Assembly (NCBI RefSeq): GCF_000497125.1
Contig: NC_090602.1
Coordinates: 558,001-622,000 of the forward strand
Direction of reading: 5' to 3'
From: Spironucleus salmonicida
Lineage: Eukaryota
DNA: 64,000 nucleotides
Shown here: piece by piece, positions 39,963 to 53,407 of the stretch
Layout: every line of letters starts with the position of its first letter
Position numbering within the stretch: position 1 is the stretch's first letter
Made by a program: the position numbers and the translations under genes
The notes under the pieces: generated by a model
Told to the model about the DNA's origin: nothing
Database searches by the model: none
Seen by the model: only the letters and a program-made list of their open reading frames with translations

Positions 39963-42900
39963 TCACTAGTCAATTTCAACACGAACTTCTACGCCTTCCT
40001 ATCTCTATTTTTCTGCCAAATCTGCGGCATTCTTAAGCTTTCCACTCATTTCCTCGCCCAATTTCTCTACCATTTCATAAAAAACACCCTTTTATCTCAA
40101 AAGCTTAGCAGGGCTATCCATTTCAACAATTTCACCTTTATCCATAACAATAATACGATCAAAATCAATAATAGTATCAAGTCTATGAGCTATAGACAAA
40201 ATAGCAGTACCTTTTAAGTTATCACGAAGTGTAATTTAAATGAGTTTATCATTTTCTCTATCAACCTATGCCGTAGCTTCATCTAATACTACCAAACAGC
40301 ATTCTTTAATTAAAGCACGAGCAACACAAACAAGCTATTTTTAACCAGCAGAAAGATTATCTCCATTCATTGCGATCTTACAATTTAACTAACCAGGTTG
40401 TTGTCTAAAGAAATCTCCCATTTAAACAGAGTCCAGAACACTCCATAATTTTTCATCGGGAATTCTTTCTACACCATCGAGAATAATACCTTCTGCTTCG
40501 GCTTAAGAGAATACACAAAGACATTATCTTAAAGTGCCAGAAAACAGGAAAGGATCTTAAGGAATAATTGTTAATGCTTACCTAGCCGTATGAAGGCCTA
40601 TCTCACGAATATTAACTCCATCTATAATTATTTGAGTTTCTTTTTCACATTCTGCTAATCTAAATAAGGCTACAGTAATAGATGATTTTCCTGCCCCTGT
40701 ACGTCCAACTATACCAATATGTTCTCCAGGGTCAATTGTGAAATTTATATTTTTGACCACTAAATCTAAGTCCGATCTGTATCTAAAGCTAAGATTTTTA
40801 ACTTCAATTTTGCTCGATTTTTAAGGCCAACCTTTTTTAGTATTAGTTACATAAACACCTTCTTCTTCCATATCCTGATACTCGACAATTCTTTCAACAG
40901 ATGCCATTTCAGACTCAACTTATACCAATGTAGTAACAAACTATAATAAAATATAGGTAATAGAGAAACTCTATGAAACTATAATACCTGTATAGCTAGC
41001 AATTTTCATACTATAAGGTGCAACTAATGTACAAACTATAGTAACTAAAAATGCAAAACTAGCACATAATATACCAAGTCTGAATGTAAGCCATCTTTAC
41101 AGTGCTAAAGTGAGCCAATTAGCTTAAAGGGATGCTTCTGCATCTTTTCTAAAGCGTTATAAAAAGTCATCCTTCCGCTAAAATGACCGAATTGATATAA
41201 GACAATCGACGGTCTCACCACAAGTTGAGAATACAGGAGAACGTAGAATAGCATCTATTCTTTTCAACTGAGGAGAAACTTTTCTGAAAGAAATGAAAAT
41301 ACTCAAGAAAATAATTATTGCAGGAATGATCAAAATAAGAACTGGGAAGTTCAAAATTGACATAGTAATGATCATACCGATAATCATGAATAAAGTCATA
41401 ATACCTTATGACATATAACGTAGAATATTGCTATCTACTGAATCAGTATCTTTAGAAAGTCTATTTTAAATTCTACCTTAAGGAGTTGTATCGAAAAACG
41501 CTGTTCTTTAACGTAAAATAGAACGCAGCATTCTATTATGTAAATTTTGAGAAGCATCAAGACAAAATTTTGTGAAAAATACATTACCAAGATAAACAAA
41601 TAACATTATCAAAAGAGTGAGGCCAATGTAAAGGTAAAGGTAATTTGGCGAGGTTTTAAGATTAAAACTTGGAAGTCCGGAACTTTAAGATGCTAAACAT
41701 GTGAAAACAGTTTACGTATCAGCATCTGTCTAAAAGAAAGCATTACAAGCCGATATTAAAGGATTTACTGGATTATTTGGCGGACAAGTCGAATTAGGAC
41801 AAACTTATTCGCAAACAGGTGTAACATCTTTAGTTCCAGACCAATTATATTCGTCTTGTGTCCAAGCAGTAACTAAAATTGTCATATATTATTAAAGAGC
41901 CTAGCTTATCATTTAGAAAAACAATGAACACGCGAATAGCATACCTGAACCTGCTGTTAACCACTTAATATAAGATTGAATTGAAACATTCCCATTTCCA
42001 GATTATTTCTCGTCATCAGTTAGTTTACCATCAGCTTAATTTTCTATAATAGCATCTTTCGGAGATACTTCTTCAGTACGCTTAGGAGCATGAATTACGG
42101 CTTTATCTTCTAAAATCTCGGTTTAGCTTACATTTTAAGCAGAGGTTTTAGTATGATCAGTTAGCCCCATAATAACGACATTTTCAGCCATTAGCTCGTC
42201 TAAAGTGCCAATATGCGCTAATTTACCGTCAATAATGTTAACAATCGAATCGCAGTCCTCGAAAAAGTGCGTTTAATGACTAGCGATAACAACCGTTTTG
42301 CCCCTACCGACTAAATACCCTTTTACCACCTCATTCCAGAGCGTAAACCCAACGTGCGAATCCACCGCAGACAGCGGATCGTCCAGAAGGTAGATATCGC
42401 TATCGCTGTAAACCGCTCTGGCAAGCGCCAAACGCGCTTTTTGGCCCCCTGACAGAGTCACGCCCTTCGCGCCGACCTCCGTTGCATCACCTGCCGCCAT
42501 AATCGCAAAATCTGGCACCAAACAGCAAATTTCGCAGATTTTGTCGTATTTTTGCTGGTCAAAAGCCTTCCCAAAAGTGATGTTTTCCCGCACCGTGCAG
42601 TTGAAAACCGCCGGATTTTGCGAGAAATACGCAATCGATCCGCTGACTTTCACGAAAATCGCCTCCATTTTCCGCTCCTTTTGCTGCTGTTTTTCGCATT
42701 TGTAGGCGAACGTCAAATGCGCAGGCGGCTCGATTAGCTCCTGAACGTGGTCCCTCTTGCGCGAACTGAGGCGCATTTCGCCCAAAATCGCACTGAAAAA
42801 TGACGATTTTCCGCATCCCACTTGGCCGCAAACGCCGTAAAGTTTGCCGTGCGGAATCTGGATTTCCAGGTCGTGCAGAACGTCCGGGAGGTCGTCAATT

Positions 42901-44573
42901 GCGGCTTAGTTTTGCTTGGAAATCAGCTTGTTGATGATCTGAATGTGCAGATAGAGCTTTCGCAGGCGGTCAAAGTCGCAGTCCTGCCTCTCAAAATCGA
43001 GTTTTCCGGGCAGATATTGCTGCAAATTCTCGAAGCGAGAGAGGAAAGTTACGTCGAAATCGACGCACCAGCGGTCTAAAACTGCCGCTGAGAGAGGTGG
43101 CGCCGTAGGGTCGTTTTGCAGTTCGAGCAGATCTATTTCTAGCACATTTTGCGTCTAAATTGACGGCAAAAGCCTCGATTTCATCTGCGTGAACTTAGCG
43201 ATTAGTTTGGGCAATGTCGTGGAAATTGTTTTTACGGTTTTCGTGTTTTCCTTGAAAAATGGGTCAAGAATTGGCGGCAGATACAAATCCTTTTTGTTTG
43301 CCCACGAGAAACTCGGTTTGTTGACGATTTCGATGGCGTTGGCGCCTTATTTATCTTGCCTCGAGACGACGCCGTTGTCAGGCTCTGAAAGCTGCATAAA
43401 CGTCGAAATTCTGTTGCCGGAGATCATCGCATCGGAATAAGCCGTTAGGACCATCGGAAGCATAATTATTGACATAGACAAAAATTAGAACAGGAAAAGT
43501 GTGGTAAATGCAGTCGAAATGTCGAAGCGGTCTAGGCCGATCATAGCAGCGAATGCAAAACACGTCATTAAAGGAGCAGTGGTTTGGGCAATTAGCATAA
43601 AAAGGCCCATGCAAAGACCAAATTTGAATAGCATTGCAATTTCTTAAGATCTTATATTTCTTAGTCTTTTCTCTTGGATGTCTTCTAAAGCGAATAATTT
43701 GACTACTTTGATGCCGTTAAGAATTTCCGTCGCTCTTTTAACACGTACATCTCTTAAATTCATAATTTTTCTTTGGGATGAGAAAACAAAACCCATGATA
43801 GAAGCCATAACAGGTATAACAACTAAATAGGCACACAATCCAACAAATGCTATAGGGTCTATTTTAACACCAAGATAAATTAAATAAGCTATAATGTCAC
43901 ATGGCATTTAAAATATCATGGGGAAGAATTAAATTAACATTGATATTTTTTAAGTATCAGTATATAGCAAATTAACTAAGTTTCCTGTTGCAGAAGAGGC
44001 TCGGGCTTAATCAGATAAAAGCAAAATTTTGTTGTATAAAAGGTCAAGTAACCCAGAATTAATTTTTAATGCAGCCCTTATTGTTGAAGAAAACGAAATT
44101 CCCTGCAATATCACTGATGAATACTAAGCAAAAAAAACAAGAATGATATATGGATATAATTATTTAATAACCTTTTTAAGTCCCGTTAGATATGGAATCA
44201 TTTGATATACTGGAGTTTGGCTTAATAGTAAGTCACAATCTGTAAAGCTTGTTGGTGTTAAATACTAAGTAAAGTTCTAAACAGCTAGAGGAGACATAAC
44301 ATTGCAAAGGGAAATAAAAGGGATTATAAAAATCAAAAATAAGAAGTTCTTTTTATTAGCCTTTATAGCTACTTACAATAAGCCTGGTGTTTTCTTGTTG
44401 TTTAAATTATACTTATCGATAGCTAAATTCCATTCCTTTTAGATTTATCCAGCTGTATTCACTGGTTTAAAAGCGGTATCCAACTCTCCAATATCGTTTG
44501 GCTACATAATTTAACCTTTCTTAATTTTCTTAATCAAAGGAGACAACCAACTAAAAGTAAGCATGTCTACCAT
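39963..44573 (-). CDS. ABCC/MRP-family ABC transporter (1536 aa)
   Basis: [11 protein letters not shown] start. NBD1 has [17 protein letters not shown] and [13 protein letters not shown]2 has [16 protein letters not shown] and LDEATA. Two TM domains, all in a single frame. Confidence 0.95.
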
Positions 44574-44896
44574 TTTACAGGTAATGAAATAAATATATAT
44601 AACATAATGATACAATATTCCTGTTCTATCAAAAACGTATACACACAATTTCAATAATTATTAAAAAAATATTGTTTATATAACTAATATTAATTTGATC
44701 ATTTTAATAATATATTTTTTATTATATTTAAGGCAGGTTTTTACATATTATAAACTATGTATCAAACTTTACGCTGCAAAATATAATCAAGGTAAATATA
44801 ATATTTTCACAGAATACATGATACTATACTGATAATAAGTGTATGACATATTTATCTGCCAATTAACGCTAATTACTAAAATACCAAATCACTCTT

Positions 44897-45268
44897 TCAC
44901 TCATCAATCGGATACTAGCCCTCGAAATACTCCATCAAAGGGATCCAGTCATCGATTTTCCCCTACTGCACAGTTGCAGTGCTTGGCAGCGCAACTTAGA
45001 CGATGAAGTTTCTGTTGGCATTATGGTTCCTAGCACGCGTTTTGCACTGGTCACGGAAATCGACGGGAAACGCTGATAAAACCGTCTGTTTGGAAAGCAC
45101 TGGGGAGGCCCCAAAACGCCTCACGCGGCTGCAGAGGCCGTTTATCGCGGAGGCGAGCGATTTGTAGAGCAACTCTCCCATTTCGGCGGTCGCATCGGCT
45201 GTAAAGACGCGCTTCAGCTTCTGGCGGTAAAATTCAGAGTCGTTCGTGACGCGCTTCTCGGAGCTCAT
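44897..45268 (-). CDS. possible divergent H2B-like histone-fold protein (123 aa)
   Basis: FYRQKLKRVF..ATAEMGELLYKSLASAINGL..PVLSKQTVLSAFPVDFRDQC spacing parallels the H2B helices. Ends GAGTGA. Confidence 0.45.
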
Positions 45269-45309
45269 TTTTAGCGGAGCGATTTTTATACAATTATTAT
45301 ACAATTATT

Positions 45310-47409
45310 TCACTAATTGTCGGTTGCGTTTTCCGAGCTGGGTTCGACCAGCGAGACCTCCTTTTCCGGCTCCATCCACTCTTTTGTGCTCTCGCCGGCG
45401 CTCTCCTCCATCCTGCTAACGTTCTTTTCGACCTGCCCCTTTTGCTCTGCCAGATTGTCCTAAAACGCCGTTTTCTCGCCATCCTCGCAGATGACCAGGC
45501 CGCCAACCTCGTCAACGTCTGTTTTGCCCACGAAGCTCTCGGTCTGCTTCTGGTACCTGTCGGCCGCGATTTTTGCGCCCGTAATAGCCAGATTTCCGGC
45601 CAAAATGAGCTTCTGCTGCTCCTTCGCGGCGCGCAGCATCAGCTCGCGCCGTTCGACCTCAGGAAGCAGGAAATTCTGCAAAATGTTCTGCAGAATCTCC
45701 GATTTGTCCGTTTTGACCTGTTTCGTGGTCTCGAAATCGAGCTCCACGAGCGCCTCCACCTGCCTGAGTGCGAGGTCCCTGGCGCGCACTTCTGCGTCCT
45801 CCGAGACCGCCTTCTTGCTCACTCGATGGACTATCATATCGACGAGCTCTCTGTGCGAATTTTGGATTATTTCGCGCGAAAAATCGATTCTGCAGCGCTG
45901 CATTTGCTCTTTTTGGCGCTATTGCGACTCTAAAAGCTCGCGCCTCGAGCGCTCTCTAAGCGCGATTTGAAGGATCGCCTGGGCTCTGAAAATCTGCTGT
46001 TCGCGCAGTCTGCTTTTGCTGATTGCGTCGATCGATTGACCAAGCGCCGTGGCGGCCGCTGATGTGATAACGGAAGACACCAAATTCTGCTAAAGAAGAA
46101 GCAGCCGTTCTTGTTAGCGGATTTCTTGTTTTTGAGAGTTTTGGACCAATTCATGCGCCAAACGGAGCTCCTGAACGAGCCCAATTCGCCTATTTTTGCC
46201 GTTTTGAAGCTTGATTTGGGTCGACACGCCCCGGATCATGTTCTGCATGTAATGCACGGCGTCCACTTCGGACAAATTTTCGATATTCGGCGGGTCCTAA
46301 AAGTAGTATTATTATACGCTTTTCTGCACTATTACCTCCTCGATATCGTCAAGTCTGCCACCCTCCTTTTCGAGCTGTTTTTAGATCTGTTTCTAAATTT
46401 TCTTCTTGTACGCGAGCTGGAGCGCCGCCGCCGGCGTCGGGAGGATCTTCGGAAGCGGATTTTCGCTCGAAACGGCGTACGATTTCGTCTATTTCGCGGC
46501 GCGTTTTGGCCTCGTAAATTCGTCCGGAAGGCGCGAATTTTCGCCGTCCAGAAACTGCAGAATTTCGTCGAAATCCTGCTGTGTACGCAGTTCCGTTCCA
46601 GCGAGTCGAATTACGCCCGCAAAGCGATAAGGGGCCTCTCCGGGCCGCAAAACCGGCGCGTTGAGCGAATTCGCTGAATGAACGGCCTGGTGGACGGCGT
46701 TTCGCGTGAGTTTCTGCTGCGGAAGCGCCAGCTGCGGCTTGTTGAGGTGATTCTCGAAAATCAGCCGATCTGAGGTCTATCTGAGGTTCTAGAGGTTTGA
46801 AATGTGTGCTATTTGACTATTTAGCTGCAGGCTATTTTGTTTGAGCCGCTGGATGCGTTTTTGGGCGAATTTCTCCTTCTGAATTTGCAGTTTCGCCTCC
46901 TGGGCGTCTGCGATGCGACCCAGCGTCATCGAGCGGATTTCGCACTTCGCAGCCTCCCTGTTCGTCAGCTGATCGACCAGCTGGTTGATTCGCAGCTCCT
47001 GAACATGCTCCATTTCGGCCTCCTTGCGCGCCCATTCTTTAATGTCCTTATCGACGAGCATTTTGACGCGCAGCTTCTCTTGCTCCAGCTCTTTCTGCGA
47101 GTATTACGTGCGCGTCGGGTCCAGCGCGGGCGGAATCGAGGCATCGTAAAGCCGGTTCTACTGGATCCTGTCGATGATTTCCATCGTCTTTTGGTGCGCC
47201 GGGAGCAGCTTGTTCGCGAACGTGAGCTCCTCCAGCGCCTTGAGCGCCTGGGAGTCGTCCGTGAGTGTTTTGTCGTCCAGCGGCGCGCTCCATGGATCCG
47301 TCTAAATCGCGTTCTCACGGAAATCCGTCTAGATCGAAACCGAGATCTGCGTAGTACGGCGGTACGGCGCCTGTTAAACGGTTGTGGTGTGGGATTTAGT
47401 GGCTTGCAT
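45310..47409 (-). CDS. CFAP91: cilia/flagella-associated protein 91 (MAATS1/AAT-1 family, 699 aa)
   Basis: IQTDFRENAIQTDPWS..LTFANKLLPA..MEIIDR..ASIPP..KEWARKEAEMEHVQELRI matches the CFAP91 N-terminal pattern. Confidence 0.8.
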
Positions 47410-48119
47410 TTTGCGGTGGAAAAATAGGAAAGTAAATAAATATATAATAATATATAATAATGTGAATTAATTAGTGGACAATGGGGGGACTGAATATGAT
47501 ATAGAGAAAATTGAACGTTGTTATACCTTTTATTATGTTTAAGTTGATAAAATGGATAAAAATGTGATTTTTTGGTCTAATCAGACAAATTACAGTATTT
47601 TTTGTAAAATGACGTGAATATTTAATAGGTACCTGAGATTTAGTGAGTAGGGATATTGTTTAACGAAGATAGAGCCGTAATATGGTTTTCAAATAATATT
47701 TGACTAGTGGATTAGTTAGATGAATCAATTTGCTTTAGTATAAAATTCACATAATAAATAAAATTAGTAAATAGTTAGACTTCATTATTCACAATTTACT
47801 AGTGAGTGGTAAAATGCGTAATTGAAATAAGCATTACATTTGAAAATAAATGAAGTCAACGTTTAAAAATGGTAAATTTTTAACTCAAGTATATTTAACT
47901 TTATTTTGATAACGAAATACTTTTATTCTCAAGACTATATAGACTGTATAATAAATGTTAATGATATCATAATTTATTGAATTAAAACATCTTTTGACTT
48001 AGTTAAAGCAGCTGATTAAATCTAATAACTCAAGATTATACTACATTTAATTTTATAAATACTAAGGAGGCCTTCTAGACTATATCTTAGGTTACCAATA
48101 AAGCAGCAAAACCATACTA

Positions 48120-48344
48120 TCACTTAAAAACTAATCTCTTCAACGATTATATATTCTGTTAGTCAAAGTTAAAATCATTATCGTCTGAAAGCTCTAAATT
48201 GAAAGAAATATTTATTCCTCGCTACAATATTGACTATGAAATGGCAACACTAGTTAGTGCCATTAATTTTGTATTGTGATTAGATAATGGTGGCAATATG
48301 CGCTTATTTCGTATCATTTTATAGGTATAATTATAGTTCTCCAT
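48120..48344 (-). CDS. small hypothetical protein (74 aa)
   Basis: AAAATG start, ends AAGTGA. Confidence 0.35.
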
Positions 48345-49007
48345 TTTATTTAGTATTGTAAATAACATTTTATGGCATATATGCATTTATACCATAATAC
48401 TTTTTACATTATAAATTAGTATACATAAAAATCTAAATATAATCTAATATATTCTCGAATTGTTTAAATGAAACATTCTATTTTAGTATATAGACATATA
48501 ATACTAATTAAATTTTTGAATACATAAGTTTGTAAAATATCACCTACATACTTAATGCTAGAAAATAAATGGTAGATTGCTGATTAAGTTCTACAGTATA
48601 ATGTGATCATCAAAGATAATATGTGCAAATAAATAAATTCAATCATTAGATTGTTAATAAAAATGTATTAAAATTAAGAAACTATGTACATGAATAAAAT
48701 ATTCCTTATAATAAATTATCAACTCCTAATTTATATCATTTAGTATTATGATAAACTAAATTTGTATAAATTTATAATCAGGAGATTATGAACTCTCAAA
48801 ATACAGAATAATATTATAATAAACAATGAATTTATAACGTGATTATAAAACTTTTGACATTCGATTATTTACTGAATAACTATTTAATCCAAATATGTTA
48901 ATTTTAATTTTTTACATTTTCCTCTAATTCTATTATCAGCATTATTGTTTTAAACGCAAATATAGAATTACACGTAAGATATTTTCATCTCACTAAAAAA
49001 ATCTAGA

Positions 49008-51503
49008 ATGATAGTCTTTGTACTAACTGAAACTATTTTCCCTTTATTTTCATAGTTTGATAAAGACAAACATATACCTAGAGGCCCAAATTCTAGAATT
49101 TTACCAGAAAAATTTTCTTATATTGATAATAAATGTATTGATAAATTTATAAGAAACTAAGGTTCATGTGGAAATTGTTGGGCTGTAGCTACTGTAACAG
49201 CTTTAGGTTTACGAAGATGCCTATAAGGTGATGATTAACTTCTATCTATTGAAGAGCATACTGGTTGCGACCATGTGAGTAAATATGGCGTCACCAACAA
49301 TGGCTGTAAAAATGGTAATGCTATTCCAGCTATGTATTACTCATAGAATATAGGCGACGTGTATGAATCTTGTATAAAATACAAATAAGCTAACGCATTT
49401 TATCCGTGGACTGATGTTGCTTGTTAATAGAAATGTGATAATGGATAAGAAAAGTAAAGATTTAAAGCCACTAATGCTAAAAGAATTTCAGGTATAGATA
49501 ATATCAAACAAGAAATCTTAGTTAATGGGCCTGTTGCTGCTTCAATCTTCTTATATTCAGATTTTCCTCCTAAAAATAAACTAGAGCCATATTATTAAAC
49601 AACTACCTAAAAATAAGGTGGTCATGCAGTAGTTATAGTAGGTTGGGGTGAATATAAGGGTGTTCCATATTGGGATATTGTAAATGGATATGGTAAAACC
49701 TGGAATTAAGATGGCCGAGTTAGAGTTAGATTAGGTACTAACGAAATGTCACTTGAGTCATATGTCACAGCTGCTGATGTTAAAATCAATAATGATATAA
49801 AACCACCTATTAATAATGGATAGTTTTCATTTTAAGATAATTTTATTTATCAATAATAAGCAGTTGTTTAGTATACTAAATTTAGTTAATGTTTGCTCAA
49901 AATAGATAATACTATAATTTAAACAATTGAAGGTACTGGAACGGTAAAGTTTTATGTAGACGTTATTCCAGGATAGCATACATTTTCATGTAATAATATT
50001 AATAAATAATTTAATGTTATAACGTACAATCTAGAATTTACTATAATGCCAACAATAGTCAAAGAAAATGATATGATAACAGTTTAGAGTCTTGAATTAT
50101 CAGCTAGCTAAACAGTTTCATACAACTATTAAAATTATTCTTTAATAAATGGAAAAGTTTAGATAAAAACTATTATTGGATAATCATAAATCTAGATATT
50201 CTCTATTAATACAAATCCTATCATGAAAGAAAATAAGATTATAGTATTCAAGGAATCTCCTTTGGATCCAGATATTTAACCACCATAGGATGGAACTGTA
50301 TTAAAAATTACTCAATAACCACTATAATTTTACGAAGTTCATGGAAAGGCAACTATATAACTTCTCATATAATTTATATTTAAATTAAAAGTAGAGGTTT
50401 TTAATACACATGGCACGAAAATCTAAATTATAAATTGGTAAAACCCTTAGAATATTAAATATGAAATATATTAAACTTTTACAAGTTAGTAATTGGCTTA
50501 AGGAGAGTATTATTTCTAAATAACAGGTACCAATAACTATATTATTCGATCTATTAAATTTTCTGTTGGTAAATAACTTTGTACTTTAGTATTTCCTTCT
50601 CATTTAGATTAAATTTATTAATTCCATGATTTTCCAATCTCAACTTTAAATTGTGGGGGGGAATTCATTAAAATAGACTAGTAGATAATACCTATTACGA
50701 ATCCATCTATCACTTATCAAAATATGTTAACTCTAGGAGCACATATGATTTTCTTAGGCGAACTATAAGCTACAATAAATATTATCTAACCTCCATCTTT
50801 TACAGATACTATTCTTTATGGGAATATTAATGAGGTTGTCGTATTACAGGTATAAAATCTACCTTAGAAGTATATCATTCAAACATAACTTTAGTATAAT
50901 GTGAACAGCTTATCCTTTAGCATCACATCTAACAAAGCAGGAACCTTTGACTTTACACTTAAATCATAATAGGTTTACCCGGATATTACATTAAAAGCAT
51001 AAATTGTGTTTTTAGCAAATTCTTGTACAATTAGTATAGATTAAAGTAATCCTCTTGTTAATAAATAAATAATTCTTACAACTACGTGTGTAGGCCAATA
51101 AGTTTTATACTATCCTTCTGGTGAGACAAAAGTTATTGAAAACTTATTTACACCACATATTTAAGGAAAATATAAAATATGCATTACTACAAATTGCATA
51201 GAGTTTTCTGTCAAAGGTATAAATGTTGAAATAGATTTTAATAAAATTAACAGTTTAATTGATAAATTTTCAATTTAATTTTCAATTATATAGTAATAAA
51301 AGTTAGTTATTTAGATTTTATGTCCAGAAAATAATTACAAATTGAATTTGATTGTGTTTGAATCAGATACTAAACTTTAGCATTTAATTTTACCAGAACT
51401 TGTATGTAAGAAGGCTTATATTAGGATTAAAAGTATTGGAACTACTAATTTAATATATGGTGATTCATCATATTTTGATGTACAATAAAATCTTTTAATT
51501 TGA
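49008..51503 (+). CDS. papain-family (C1A, cathepsin B-like) protease with long C-terminal extension (831 aa)
   Basis: RNQGSCGNCWA, NNGCKNG, NGPVAA, GGHAVVIVGWG, PYWDIVNGYG. The frame stays open for about 580 more codons. Confidence 0.9.
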
Positions 51504-51553
51504 CATTCTGAATACTTTTATAATTTTTATATATAATAGCGTTATTGTTAAAA

Positions 51554-52777
51554 ATGAAGATAGATACTGTTTACTTCTAAATTGTAACTTTTGGAGTTAT
51601 GATTTATTTCCCATTCTTCTCGTTATTAGCTTCTAATAATTATTGGACACAGTTCTATAGTTTATAGTTTACAACATATGCCTCATGTACTTATAATGTT
51701 TTAGAATCATTAGGCTCAATAGTATCTGTTCCTTTAATGAAAAAAGTTTCAATTCATTCTATAGTCAATATAACACTAATATTTAATTTATTAAGTTTAA
51801 TTCTCATTCCAGTACTTGTTTTCATTAGTAATAAATTAACTAGGAGTATCTTAACGTTAATTCCTATTGCATTGATGGGGATATGTGGTGGGACCTGTTT
51901 TACTGCATTGGCTACCTTTACCTCTTAAATTGAGTAATAATACGCTTAGGCGTTGTAATTAGGTACGGGGTTATCTGAATTAATAGTGTAGGTATTAAAA
52001 ATATTATTTTTCTACACTGGGACATTATTTGGTGGCTCAGACGAAAATTAAGTATTTTTAGAGAATTTATGTTATTTTTTAACAGCATTTTTATACATTG
52101 TTCTAGTTACATTTTTATGGCAATAAATGACAAAATAACATTAATTTGCGAGGCAAGTAATAGCTAACTATGATGAAGCAGAAGGCCTTTTACATGGGTC
52201 AGATAATGACAGTTTACAACCTATTAAAGTAAAATTGAGTAAAAAATCAATCAATATAGGGATAGCAATGTTCTTCACATAGTTCATTACTTATTTAACT
52301 TTTCCTGCACTTACTACGTCCATTCCTTTTATATAAAACATAAATAGTGGTTTATAATTTCTTGATCCCTAGTTTTCTTTATGGATCATGTCATCCTATT
52401 TATTTTCAGACTTCTTTGGCCGGATGATAATTAAATCTAGATTTATTTAACGTTTTTATAGTTACTAATTAGCAGTTACAGTGGCATATTTTAGAATATG
52501 TTTGGTACCATTATTCTTTATAGTAAATCTTCCTAGACCTAAAGAATAAGTTCTCCCATTAATCCATAATGATATATTTTCCTTTATACTCGTAGCAATC
52601 TTTTCTCTTACTGGGGGAATGAATCTGACGGTAATATTTGTTAGAGCATAGGATAATATCCTTAGCGTCTAAGAAATACATAAGATATCTAATTTTATTT
52701 CTATAATGTGTACTGTAGGTTGCACTGTTTCAAGTTTTGTAGCTATTCCAATTAGCCTTATTGTGAAAGATGAATGA
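51554..52777 (+). CDS. equilibrative nucleoside transporter family (407 aa)
   Basis: Multi-TM protein with YAQALQLGTGLS, FITYLTFPA, FSDFFGR, FRICLVPLF and FSLTGG motifs. Confidence 0.85.
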
Positions 52778-53407
52778 TTGTTGAGTTAGTATATTTATAG
52801 TAGAATTCGTAGTAAATTTATATTACTCTGGTAATCTAGATTTTTTCTACTATAAATATTGTAAAATAGAATAAGAAATAATACTTATATAATAATATAT
52901 TTATATTCTTATTAATGTTGCGGAAGTTTTAAATTCACTCCAATTCATTAAAAATATATAATATTTACAACAAAATTAATTATTTAAGAATACTTCTATA
53001 TAAAAGTATATATTAATATAAACTATATTAATAAATGGATTGATACTACTTCAACCATGGTCACTAATAAAGAAAACTAATTTATTAAATAATATTATTA
53101 TTATTATCTGAATATAAGCAGTAGAAATTATTATAACTATTTTAAATATGTAGTAAAACATAGAACTAAATCTATAACCATATTAGTAAATATTATTTTA
53201 ATAACCAAGTTTCATGAATACACACTAAAATTACTATTGAAATAATAATATTAGAATAGTCAAAATCTAAATATAAAATTTATTCTTTTTTATACGTATT
53301 AAATTATATAGATGTAATTATAATATATGGAATTCAAAAAAACAATATTATTCTTTAAACTAGATATCGTAATATAAATTAACAATCTAATTATTTTAAA
53401 TTTACTA

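Noticed and set aside
45442-47427. Long plus-strand ORFs opposite CFAP91 (likewise 34691..35464 and 20741..21847)
   Set aside because: Antisense shadows of GC-rich real genes.
47460-48100. Possible ORFs in AT-rich gaps (also 5500-6020, 37700-38400, 60550-60900, 63300-63800)
   Set aside because: With a single stop codon, open frames arise easily by chance, and none gave a recognisable protein.
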